Shown here piece by piece: positions 18,831-32,200 of a stretch of DNA of 64,000 nucleotides; positions within the stretch are counted from its first letter, which is position 1; every line of letters starts with the position of its first letter. The stretch lies in NCBI RefSeq assembly GCF_009914755.1, contig NC_060925.1; one strand, given 5' to 3'. This DNA is from the human T2T-CHM13v2.0 reference genome, Homo sapiens. The position numbers and the translations under genes were made by a program. Under the pieces are notes generated by a model. The model saw nothing but the letters and a program-made list of their open reading frames with translations. It was not told where the DNA came from and did no database searches.

Positions 18831-19734
18831 AATGGAACTTGAACTAGGATGTGGAAATTGACAAGCTCCAAATGGCTGAATTAAGGTTGGTTAGTGAAAG
18901 CGGGTAGCTGAGAGCATCCCCAGATCCTAGGCTGGGAAAAATCGCATTCCCTAATTGTATCAAGGGGTTAGACCACTTTCCAGTGTTTCTTGGGACTCAG
19001 ACCATGTGCTATGCAGGCTTATGCTTTAGGAGACCTGGTATGAAAATACCAGAATAATAGAATGTGTTAGTGATTTCCTGCAGCCTTTGGTAAGGTGCTG
19101 TGAGGGAGAGAAAGAGAAGACCCAGAAGAAGCAAGCAATCAAGGCACCCCTGGGCAGAGAGGTGCAACTTTAAGAGAGGTCTTTCTGTTAGTCTCCAGAA
19201 GTCCCAAATGGCCAAGTCATGCCCTTTGTTCATCATCATAGCCTTTGTCCAACAGCAAAAAAACCAATTTTCTTCCCACACTAAAGGTTCTGCACTGATT
19301 AAGAAGCTGTAGAATCCTGAAAACTGAAATGGCAATACCTGGAAAGAACCATAACCAGCCAAGCATGTTGTGTTGTGCCCTCCTTGCCTGACAAGGAATC
19401 ACCAACCTCTCCCTACCCCACCACAGTGCCATGTGAAAGTCCCCATGGCAGAAGTAACGTAGCAGGACAGAGTAGCCCTGCCTTCCCTCCCCAGTTTCCT
19501 GCTGAGCCCTGGGGGATGGGCAGAGGCTCCAGAGCTGCCGGTAAGAGGCTGGAGCCACATGGGCAAGGGCCAGCACACCTCCCATACCTTCAACATTGCT
19601 GGAGTTGGTTATTAGTCATAGAGACCCCCAGAGTGGAACTCACAGTAAGATGATGCAAGGTTTAAGGGTTTACGTGCTAAAAAAGCACAAGTTTGCCAAA
19701 TGGAAGTGTGTGATTGCACAATCACTAAGGTGTT

Positions 19735-19910
19735 TATTTTCTAAACTTTCCTGACAATAAGAATCCCCTGGGATGATTGTTAAGAACATAGATTTCAAAG
19801 CACCTCCCCTGGAGACTGCATGAATTTGAGATGTGATTGGAGATCTGTATTTTCACCAAATTTCCTAGGAGATTTCTATCACCCAACAAGTTGGGGGAAA
19901 CTCTGCTATG
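19735..19910. mobile_element. MER5-type hAT MITE
   Basis: TTTCTAAACTT...AAGAATCCCCTGGG...ATCTGTATTTT...CCTAGGAGATTTCTAT...AAGTTGGGGGAAAC quasi-palindromic MER5 pattern. Confidence 0.6.
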
Positions 19911-20454
19911 AGGTAATCTGCAGGTATGTAGGCCAACAGGAAGTGATTTGTGAGGCACCACAGCCTCAAGTGTGGGGATCCTTTGTACTCCCATGCTCAC
20001 TAGGGGTCTTGTGGATATGGGCAAAGGGAATGTTCCCAACTGGCAAAACCTGGAGAGACAGACTGGCCAACTAGAGAACTCACTCCTTGCCAAGGATACA
20101 GTGATATTATTCAGCCACAGCCCTGACCTCCCTGTCCCTATCCAGCTGGATGTGATTTAAATGTTGGACCAGTGTCCATTGAATGTTGCTTCCTTGTTAC
20201 CCAATTTAAATGGTAGCATTTACAATGGTTACCTTGTTTCCCACCAGCATTGTGCATGAAGTGTGTTGGAGGTGGTTGGTGGTTGTAATAATCACATCAC
20301 CAATGAGGGCAAGATCATGAGGAGCCACAAGAAGACTTGAGGACACACCCAAGAATCCTAAACTTGGACTCACCATCAAATGACCCTCTAAGTTAACGCT
20401 TTGAGCGCCACTTTCATACACACCAAACTCATTTATTTTCTCCAAATACGTAGA

Positions 20455-20715
20455 AATAATCCCAAAATTTATTAAACACTGACTATGTCCTAGGCATAGT
20501 CTATGTGCTTTACATGCGTTAGTTCATTCAACTCTCCCAAAAACCCCATTAGGTAAGTGCTATTATTATCCCCCAGTGAACAGATGAGGAAATGGAAGCT
20601 CAGAGAACTGAAGAAGGCTGCCCAAGGCTGTGCAGCTATCAAATCATGGAGATGTGAGCCCTGGCAGCATGACCCCTGAACCTGAGCTCTTCACTGTCAC
20701 TCTAAGCTGCCTCCC
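20455..20715 (-). mobile_element. MIR (representative; similar relics near 13700, 25010, 26720, 27650, 50100, 50330, 51670, 54700, 54920, 62040)
   Basis: Core CAGATGAGGAAATGGAAGCTCAGAGA...CCCAAGGCTGTGCAGCTA. Confidence 0.75.
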
Positions 20716-20766
20716 CAGTGAAAAAGGGGAAAATAAAACAATGCTGTCACATTTCAAAAGAAGCTA

Positions 20767-21358
<592 letters not shown>

Positions 21359-24300
21359 TTAGTAGATTCTGAACTTGGAACTGGATGCAGTCGCTGGATA
21401 AGACTTGAGTTACATTACACTGAGATGGGATGGTTGCATTACGTTAAGAGAGGACATTTGGAGGCATTATGTGTATGGGAAGAAAAGTACGTATACGGGG
21501 AATCTAGGGGATATTCATTGTTTTGCGTGCCCAGAAGAGCACCCACCTCCTCTGAGCAGTCAAACAAAGAAGAGAGATAGAGATAGAGTGACTCTTGCCA
21601 GTGTGTAAGGATCTCTTCCTAGCTATCTCCTCTAAATTCCCTCCTTTAACTTAACTTGTAAAAATTAAAATTCTATTCTTTTCAGCCAAATGAATCTTAG
21701 TTAATGAAATGTGAGACTGATATTTTGTAATTATTTAATTATTTACATGTTTCCTTTTGGAAAATGTTTTTTCTTATTTATCTACTGAGTGTTGCATGGT
21801 TTTTGTTTGCTTGTTTTAAATGTGCAGTACTCCTAAACAAAATTTCTATTCGCCTGATCCCAATTCTCTTTCTCTTTTGCCTTTCTCAGCTACAGGCTTC
21901 CCTATCGTCCTACACATCCAAGCCAAGGATCTCAATATCATGAACTCTTCCTTCTCTTGATTTCACCTCTCATACCCACAAGCAGCCACCAAATTCCATC
22001 AATTCTATCTTTTAAAAATCTCTCTCAAATCCATCCACTGAGACTTTAACAATGATAGACCTACCTACTGGAAGGGCTGCAGGCAACACTCTCATTTGCT
22101 GCTGAGTGGAAACTGGAAACGCTTTTCTGCAGGGAAATTTGAAAATAAGTTTCGGTGATCTTAAAAATATTTATATCTTTTGACTCAGCAATGGTACCCT
22201 ATGAATAAGGGGAAGGGGAAATCGAAGATAAGAACAAAGACTTAAAAAAAAAACAGGATGTTTACGATAACGTAATGTTTTAAAATAGTATTTAATAGAA
22301 TGAGGTGTGGCTTAAGATACAATGTTAACTATGAAAGGATATGAAACATATATACAGTACAGGTCTAATAAAAATTTATGTCCAATTCGATGATTATTCA
22401 GAAATGGAATAATCAATAGGCTTCTGTTCTCCTGTCATTGTTCTCTAGCCAGCCAATTGCTCTTCCTTTCTGTGGATCAGGTGGGTAGGATTAGACAGTG
22501 ACAGCCTCACGGTCACTTGGGGCTTTTCTTAGTTCAGCCTACGGAGTCCTGAGTGTAGTATAATTTTCAACATCTTTATCTTGTGCTTTTCGGGACAATA
22601 GAGACTCCCCCTTGCTTCAAATGCTGTTTTCTATTGCTTTCACCATCATACAACCCTGCACTTCACACTTGTCAATTTTTATCCCCACACAGATCATGTT
22701 TTGGTTGGGTTTTACTGTATTTGTCTATCTACATAAAAAATAATAAGTAAAGGAAACACTAAAATGTTCCTTCTGTGTGATGGAAGTTTGTTGATTTTAA
22801 TATTCTCCCATACCTGTAAATATTGCTGAGAATGGAATTGCTGATGGCCGCTTAGCATTCTGACATATGGGTACACTCTAGATGATTTAATCAAACTCCT
22901 ATTCTTGAACATTTAGATAACTTACCATTTCCCCTTGCTGTAAGCAATGCTTCGGTAAACACCTTGGTACACACATCTCTGTGCCAACTGGACCCTGCAG
23001 AATTATACACACATGAACCAAAAAGGTGACTGCCTTCCCCTTTTCTCCTTAGTGTGGGAGAGCAGACATGTATAGCAATAACCATACTATAAAACATAAT
23101 GTGTTAGGAGAAGGATTTCAGTCCAGGTATGGACCAGGCTGCCTGGAGGAGGAGGCATTTGAGCCAGGCTCCTCAAGCAGAAAGCTGGGAAGAGGGAGCT
23201 GATCTCCCTGGTAACCACAGAAAGTCTTCTCAGTGAGCAACTCCCGCTGTGGCTCCTGAGAGCTGGGAAAACAGGCCTTCATACCAGAGCCAGAGAATCT
23301 GGGGCCCCAGTCCCCAGCCCTCTTGGGAATATGGCAGCTCTCTTCAAGGGGCAGGAACAGCATCTCTCATCTACAGAAGCCAGGAGATTTCCCCCAGCTT
23401 CCTTCCAGCTCCACCAAAATCACCCCACACTCAGAGCCCCTGCGTTGGGGGAGGGAGGGTCTTGACAGCCCCCTGCAACCCCTGCCCCCACCTTGTGCCC
23501 CCAGGGAGCAGGGCAGAGGAGCTATTCCCTGACAGTGCTGAGCCATGCGGCAGGCCCACAGGCTCCCATTCCTGCCGTCTCTCAGCGTCTCCGGCCAAAC
23601 CCCAGCTCCTGGGGTTAATGGAATGTTGAGCAATCCTTGGAATTTTTCAGTGAGAAATAAGTACTTTCGAATTCCGTTCAGGCCTCCTGAGTAGGGCGCG
23701 CTGCCTGCAGCCCAAAGGCTGGAGCCTGCAGCGCCTGAGTCTTCCTGAACCGGCATCAGGGAGCACTGGGGGACTTTTCAGTGTTTGTTTTCTCCTCCTG
23801 CTGGCCAGGCTGTAGGACACTATTACAATGAGGTCATGGGGCCCTGCCCCACTGCGTCCATGGGTGGCTGAGCAGCCAGGATCTTTCCCTTCACAGGCTG
23901 GCTCGGGTGTGCACACGGGTGTGCTGGAGGACAGGCGGGGTCAGAGCCCAAGCTCAGCCTGAACCCCTCAGGACCTCCCTGCCCCATCACTGCCAGGTCT
24001 TATTCCCTATCCGGGGTCTGCCTTGGCCTAGGGCCTTGGGCCACATTCTGTATCTAGTCTCGTGGGGGCCGTGTGAGGAACCTAGTTTTTACTTGCTAGA
24101 GATAATTGAACAGTACCCTGCAAGTAGTTCTCAGCTCAAATGGCACCTCCTCTGGGAATACTTCTTGAAACTTCCTCCACAATGTCAAGTTCCCCTATTA
24201 TACATTCTCATGGCACCCTATACCTCTCCATCTAAGTCCTTGCCTCTGTTATTAAAAATAATTATTTGTTAAGCAAATACACAAATAATAATAAAATAAT

Positions 24301-24532
24301 AATTATTTGTGTATGTGCTAAATGTCTGTCTTGACCACAGACGGTATGCACCATGAGGGCAGGAGTCCATTTTGTTCACTGCTGTATCCCCAATACCATC
24401 TGCAGTGCTTGACATATAGTAGGTGCTTTATGGATTGCACTATGCCAAGCAAAGATTCTTAAGAAAGTATAAGGCTTCTGCCTCTTAAGGGGCTCTTGCC
24501 AGGACATGACCTCCTGGGGATTTTCTCTTCTT

Positions 24533-24647
24533 AAGAGACAGGTCTCACTATGTTGCCCATGCTGGACTTGGAATTCTTGGCTCAAGTGATCCTCCCACTG
24601 CAGCCTCCTGAGTAGCTGGAACTACAGGGGTGCACCACTGCACCCAG
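24533..24647 (-). mobile_element. Free Alu monomer (FLAM/FAM)
   Basis: Single monomer: GAGACAGGTCTCACTATGTTGCCCA...GTGCACCACTGCACCCAG. Confidence 0.85.
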
Positions 24648-25805
24648 AAATTCCTCTGGGATCCTGTACCAGATTTGGGGGTACCTCCAAGCATGGCCCC
24701 ACTGTTGGCCTCATTTTCCCTCTGTGTTCCAGGTCCTCCAATTTCTGCCTCATCTACAACGAGGTAAGTGGGAGACCAAAGTGTCACTGTTCAACTGAAA
24801 GCAAATCTCCTTTGTCTGTGATCAAATTGCAAGTTCGCAGGCAAGGGGTCCTGACCAGGCAAGGGGTCCTGCCCCGGCAACGGGATATTTTGCAGATACC
24901 CACTGTGTCAGAATTCCTGGCTCCGGGGCAGGTCCTGACCCCACCTGCACACCTCCACTTTATCTTAGCTTTGCGTAAGGTTTGAAAGTTCCCAAAGCCC
25001 GTCACACTGTTATTTCATCTGTACCTCCCACCAGCACTACCCTTCCCATTTTACAGAAGAGAGAACTGTCCCAGAGAAGTGAGCTTCTCTAGTCATGATG
25101 AGGAAATGGCAGGGTGAGCTTTCTAGCTCCACGGGCAGGATGGGGAATGTGGGAGGCAGGTAGCAGGTGGGAGTTGGGTCCTGGGAAGTGGAAGACACAG
25201 GCCAGGCACCTAGAGAGTCATGCCAGGGTCCTGAGGTAGGAACACAGCCACCTCAGAAGGTACTGGAAACAAAGCAGTCCCCTCTGCTTTGTAAGAAGCC
25301 TTCACTTTGTAAGCCAGACAGTTTTTATGATTCTTATGTCTCTGTGTTAATTTCCCTGATTTCCTCCCTTAGTGGGAAGTAGGAAAAACTCAGGAAAGTT
25401 CTAGTTGGCCTCAGCTGTGCAGAGGGGAGCCAAAGGAATAGGTTTGCATCTCAGCATGTGCCAGAGTGTTTCAAGTGGCCAGCATGCTGGGTGGGGGAAT
25501 CATAAAGGGGAGGGGGCTGGGCAGTCCTGGGGGCCATTGTTTTCAATGTCACCCTGACCCTGACCCCAGACACTCGGAGAGAATCACAGCTTAAGCATGG
25601 AAAACTTGGGGTTTCTGTCATTAAAATGAGTAGGCTGACTTAACCACCTCATAGGATTGTTGTGAGATTATATCACTCACACACAAATATTTTTTGAGTT
25701 CGAAGTGTCTAGGATACATCAGGGTACAAAACACAGATTAAATCAGCAGATTACATGGGAGGCTAGAATGTGCTAAGTGCTGTGGGCAAAACGACTTGTG
25801 AAGTA

Positions 25806-26207
<402 letters not shown>

Positions 26208-29200
26208 TCAGGGGCGTGCGCCCCTGGCAAGGGGAGCCTATGTCTCTGTGCTAAGATTCAGGAGGGCAGAGAGGCTGGGGCAGAGGAGCCAGGGGAGAGT
26301 GGTGGGAGTAGAGGTCAGGGCGGTTAGCACAAGCGGCAGATCACGAGCTGCCTTCCTGGCCATTGCATGAACTTGGGTGAAATAGAGAGCCATGGAGAGC
26401 CTGATCCCTCTGGCTGCTATGCTGAGAAAAGACCGAGGGGTCATTGGGAGGCACGCCAGGACACCACAGCCATAACCCAGGTGAGGGATAATGGTGGTGT
26501 GGACCCGGGCAGAGCAATAGGAGACGGTGAGAGCAGGTGGGGTCCTGGCCATTGGGAGAGATGACAGCTTTTGCTGATGGTTTTGGTGTGGGATGTGAGA
26601 GAGAGAGGAGTCAGGGATGATTCCATGGTTTTTGGCTTGAGATGGTGGAAAGATGGAGTTGCCATTAGCTTAGATAATTTGTGTTATTCTAGCTTCTGAC
26701 TGCAGACTCTGGGCCAGGGCCTGGGTCAACCACTTTACACCCTGATCCCATTCAATCCTCACAACCCCACAAGTAGGAACTTGTCCCTTCAGCTCAGAGA
26801 GGGTAACTAGCTGACCAAGGTCACCTAGCACGTTAAGTGGTGAGGCTCAGATGCCACAGGCTGGTCTGACCCCACCAAGCAAATGTGTATATCCTGTCCC
26901 CGGGACTTGGGACACCAGTTCCCTCGCCTCACCTGACCTTGCCTGGACTTGCACCTCACTCCCTTTTTACCCTACAGCAAGCTGCCTCAAAACTGCAAAG
27001 CTCTCATGGCCTGATGTTGTATACATCCTGAGGTTTCTCTCAGAGGCACTTTTAAAACTCCTTATTTGGATATCTGAAATTAGGTAGAGGGGTGGCCAGG
27101 ACTAGGATGTCTGGGGACTTCCTCAGAGGCCTTGGGCAGGTGGGTGGGCCGTGAGTCAGGGGCAACAGGTGGAGGGAACACAGGCAGGCTCAGCAGATGT
27201 AGCAATAAAAATTTGGGATTCTTATAAATACAGTCAGCTACCCTGCCCACCACCCCCACGCCTAAGCTGGAGGCACTGCTCTCCCACCCACAGGATTTAT
27301 TTTGCTCTTCTAGACCGCCATATTCCCAGTTTAGAGGAGAAATGCGTGGGATCGAGGATTTGAAACTGATTTGCTCAGACATTGGGGCAATGCTTGTGTG
27401 TGGCGGTGGGGGAGGGGGACATCCACAGCACAGCATGACCAACACAGCACGGTGGTGTTCAGGGCTCTGACCTCTGCCCACCCAGGACCTGGTCCTGGGC
27501 CAAAGTTTTAGCACCAGGCTGCTAAGAGCTGACTCAGCACTGAGCCCAGGCTAGGGGTTCCTGGATGGCTTTCTGGGCCATCCAGGTCGTGCTGAGGAGT
27601 TGGGGATATAGCCCTGCCACCTGCCCGAGTCACAGGGAGGAGACTTTAAAAATGAATAAGCACTTGCTCTGTGCCAGGCGCTCTCACACACACTGCCTGC
27701 TTTAATTCTCATAACTGTGAGGTCAGGACAAAACTAAGTTCAGAGAGGTTAAGAGGCCACACAGCTGGGGGAACCTGATTGTACCCTTGGCTATCTGACT
27801 TCAAGGCTCCCAGGGCCCCAGGTCTTTGATGTCTCTGGCACCCGTAGCTCAGGCTCCTCTGCACCTCCTCCTGTCTGAGCGATGAGTCTGCTGAGGAACA
27901 ATTCCGGGTCAAGCCGGCTTTCTTACCAGAGGTCTCGCCCTCGCTGGAGACTCCCAGCCAGGCCCGGGATGTGCAGAAGCCAGCAGGGAAGGCTGACGCC
28001 TTAGGGTGGGAAGTGGGGGAGTTGTGCCGACATATCTTTGGAATTTTTCTGACTCCCCCATCCTTTTGGACAGACAGCAGACAAGGACTAGGCATGTGAG
28101 CAAAGAAAGGGCATCCCTCTTCTCAGGAGGTGGTCCTGCGGCTGAATGGGGTGACATCTATCTCCACTGATATTCTTAGATGTACTCTCTCCTAATCCCA
28201 CTCCTCAGCTGCTGCTCCAAAGCTCCGGACCTGTCTCCCAGGGCTCACTTTCAGCCAGCGGGGGACTGGATGTCTTCATTGGCCCAGCTGCTGAGCCCCT
28301 ACCCCTGGAGTGTCTCCCCTTTCTCCAGGCCCTGTACGCCTACCCAGCTTTTGAGCCAGTTTCTCCTGGCTTGTTTGGTTGTTGGGACTCATGCAGCTGC
28401 CTGCATGATGAGGTCCTATAAGACAGTGCTTATCCCAGAGGAAGGAACTGCTAGAAAGGGGTTGTCGACCTCATGGAGGAATGCGTTGCATAGAGCCTGC
28501 CCCTGACATTATCAAAACATCAGCCTGTCCTGGGGTCAAGGCTTCAGGATCTCAAGAGGCCAATTCAGAGGTTCTTGGAGCCCTAGATTTCCAGGACTGA
28601 TGGGTACTGACAAAGGCCACCTCTGTGCCTTGGCCTTGAGGTTTGGGGTGGGAGGGGGACACTGAGCTGTGGTCAGAGTTCAGCTATCTGGGGTGTGACA
28701 GGCACACACCTTCTCCACTTACCATGCTGCTGGGTATCCCCACCACCAGAATGTCCCCCTTCTAAACTCCCTTCTAACCAGCACTGATCCCTTGTCTAGA
28801 TGCTGCCTCTCCTCAGATCCTGTGTCTGAGAGCCGCTGCAGAGAACCAAGGGACTCGCACGTGCAGAAGGCCCCGGTGGAGGCCAGAGACGGAGCCCGAG
28901 ACGGGGGCAGGGCGGACGCACAGACAGCCTCTGTTGGCCTGGCAGGCGGGGAACAGTGGCAACTCAAATACTGTTGTTTGCAAATGAACAACCTCAAGCC
29001 TAGAAGACAGTTCATCTTTGTTTGCCCTGGTTGGTGCTGATGTGGCTTCTGCCCCGCCCCCCATCTAGGGTTCTTTTTTTCTTGCTCACTGCAGCCATGG
29101 ACCCAGGGAAGCAGGGACAGGGGTGCGTTGAAGCCCAGGCCTGAGGCACCTGATCTCCAGACTCAAGGATTCGGTTCTGGCCCCATAGTCTCTCAGGTGT

Positions 29201-32200
29201 GACCCCTCTCACCTAGCAGTCATGAGAAGCTGTGCTTAGGATCACAGGCCCCAGGCCCCTCCCTGCTGGTCTGGACCTCTGCCTCAAGCTCAGTGAGTTC
29301 TCAAAGCCTTGTAGCAACAAGGCTGCAGCTCTGTGCCATGCCCCATCAGAATCCTAGAATATCAGGGAATCTTGGTGTGTGGATAAAGAACCTAACTCCT
29401 GAGATGTTAGGTAATTTGCCCAAAGTCACACAGCTGGTGAGTAGCTGAGCTGGCTCTCCATGCTCTTGGAAGCATTCTCTTCCCATTTTTTCTGTGGGTT
29501 CCTCCCAGACCCCAGCCCACCCAGGAGAGCCAAAGCTGGGCTGGGATGAGCTCTCTCTCCACACATGTGGTGCTTATCAAGCAAACATGGCCTCGACGGG
29601 TTTCGCAATGATCCTTATGTTCTGGTCCCCGCAGTGGGCTGGGAGCTTCAGGAGAGTGGAGACCCTCCTTTGCTGTTCTCTAACTGCTGCCCAGGTTGCT
29701 GCCCCATACACACCCAGGGCTGGGGCCCAGCACATCCTTCCTCAACGAGAGAAGAGACTAGCAAAACCTGGAAAGGAAATGGGCTCAGGACGGTTCAGAC
29801 TGTTTTCTCTCTGAGGGAACAGAGCCACGCGTTGTGCAGGAAGGCAGGGAGATGTTTGTAGGCTCCAGTTTAGGAACGGGACTTGTAAAACAGGGAAGTG
29901 GCCAAATTCATTCAGATTGGCCTTGGAGCAGGCCCTACGCATGGAGCCAACTGAAATATTCAGAACTGCAGGCCAGCAACCTGTCCCCAGAGGCTGAAGG
30001 AGGAAGGCCCAGTCTAGAGCCCACAGTGTCAGAACCAGGCTCAGGAGGGCCTGGGCTGGCAGAGGGTGACTAGGGGAGGTTCATGGTCCTCAGGGAGCAG
30101 GCATGGAGGACTTCTCTGGGAGGCCTTCTTTCTAGGATTAATTAACCCCTCCTCCTCCACATTCAGCCAGTTAATCAATCGGCTTTCCCATGAGCCCAGC
30201 GTGGTGCTAGAGGCCTAGAATGGGGTGGGGGAGGAAGACACCAGAAATATGAGCCAGTGTCTGCCTTCAAGGGGTCTGTAAAAGAGTTGGAGAAAGTAAG
30301 CAAGCACATGCAAATCAGAACATGGTTAAGACAGGTTAAATAGCAGACCATAGGTGACCAAATGCAGTGGGGTAGGGAATGTCCTATCCACTGTGCCTAA
30401 ACACTGGCTTCTGGTCTTTTATTTTTTGTCTTTCCTTCAACCATCCCCCCAGCCCACACAAAGTCCCTTGCATAACAGGGCCAGCAGTCAAGGCTAGGGA
30501 ACAATTTCCTAGTAAATCAGGGACTCTGTGAAGCCTTGGCAACATCTCAATTCTCATCTTGAATTTATAACTCTCAGGGCTCTCACTGCTGGCCACCAAC
30601 CCCAGCACACCACCAACATCTTCAGTTTATTGACTGACAGGCTGATTATCGCTGTGCGAGGCGGCCAGCGCTGGTAGTTTGCAGAAAGATGGCATACAGG
30701 CAGGAAAAAGCTGAGAGCAACTTGGCAAAATGCAACATGCATTCTTCCTGCAGGAAGAAGGGAAAGCGTTAGAACACCTCTCTAATGACTTTCCCAGAGC
30801 AGATTCTTTGGTTCCCACTTCTGAGCCTTCACACTTTCCCCACAGCTGGAACTTCCCCACCTCCTCTCATCCAACAGCTCCTCCCCAGTTTTGAAACCAA
30901 CTTCTAGGGAAACCGGCTCTAGGTCTCACGCCTGACTAAGCCCGTTGGACCTTACCTGCTCTGTTGATTGAGCTTGGGCAGCCCAACTGTTAGTCTCTAG
31001 GGGCCAGGATCAGACTCTGGGGTCCTTCTTGTGTATACACAAGTTTTCTAGTCAGTGAACCCTTCTGAGTGCCTGCTCCGTGCCTAGCTCCAGGCTACAT
31101 CAGTGAGAGACAGTGGGGGCAGGCCAGGCCTTGCTGCCTACAAGTTCACTGTCTTGTTAGGGACAGTGACACAGACCCTCACCAGAACAAGCTTAACACC
31201 ACCGGGTGGCTTGCAGTCAAGGTCCAATGAGCAGAAGCATCATGGCCTTCTTTGTTTTGCTTTGTTTATTATTTACTTTGTTTGTTTATAGCGGTTCTAT
31301 TCACAATCTCTAAAAACTAGAAACAAACCACATGTGCCTCAAAAGTCACTACCTTTAAAAAGTTCAGGGGAGAAAGATACTTCTGAGTGCTGGGAGATAG
31401 CCCAGCTTCTTGAAGAATCTGAACCTTGAAAGAATGTGGACAGGTGGAGAAGAAGGGAGAGCATTCCAGGCGGGGGAAATTGCCTGAGTCCAAGGGTGGA
31501 GGGCTGTAAGACATGGACAAATATATGGCACACGTGCCAGCCCCCTTCTATCTCCTGTCCTTGACAGACATTGTCGATGTACTGTTTCCCTCTAACTTAC
31601 TGCAGCCATCACCAATCAATCAAAACTGATGAGTGAGAATCAGCCTATCTGTCCTGGTGGTCTAGAGTGTTTAGAAGGCATAGGAAAATGGATCAGGCTG
31701 GAGCAGGACATTTGTGCCATGAAGGAAAGGAGAAAGGCAAACTCATCGAGTTGTAGGATGACAGAGTGGGAATGGGCCATGTAATCTTGAGGAGTCTAAC
31801 GCTAGAGAAAAAAGAACTTGCCCGAGGTACATGGAAGTTATTGGCAGGAGTGTTGGAACTCAAGCCTCCTGAACCCTGGGCAATGGATTGGGGCCAGACA
31901 TTCAGAAGGGCCTTGAGCACTCAGCTGCTGAGTTGATACCTAATCTTGTGCAATCTGGAGTTGGCCACGCAGGAGCCACAGCAGGACAGAAAGGTCTTCT
32001 AAGCTCATTCTTTACTTCCTGACACTCTCTCCTCCCTGTCCAAACTCTCATTGCTCCTGTGCTGGGAGCCCAGGAGGGTGTCCTGGGAGCACTGAGGCAG
32101 AGAAACAGGTGGACTCTCCTCCCAAAGGAAAGCACTTTCCCCCTGAGCCTACCCTGAGGGACTGAAGCACCAGTGAAGAAGCCCCCTGCCACCTCCCCCA

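Noticed and set aside
24838-24875. Short direct repeats (here, also 39076, 42497, 45091, ~54790) as a CRISPR-like array
   Set aside because: Isolated two-copy slippage duplications with no spacer array or cas genes; eukaryotic DNA.
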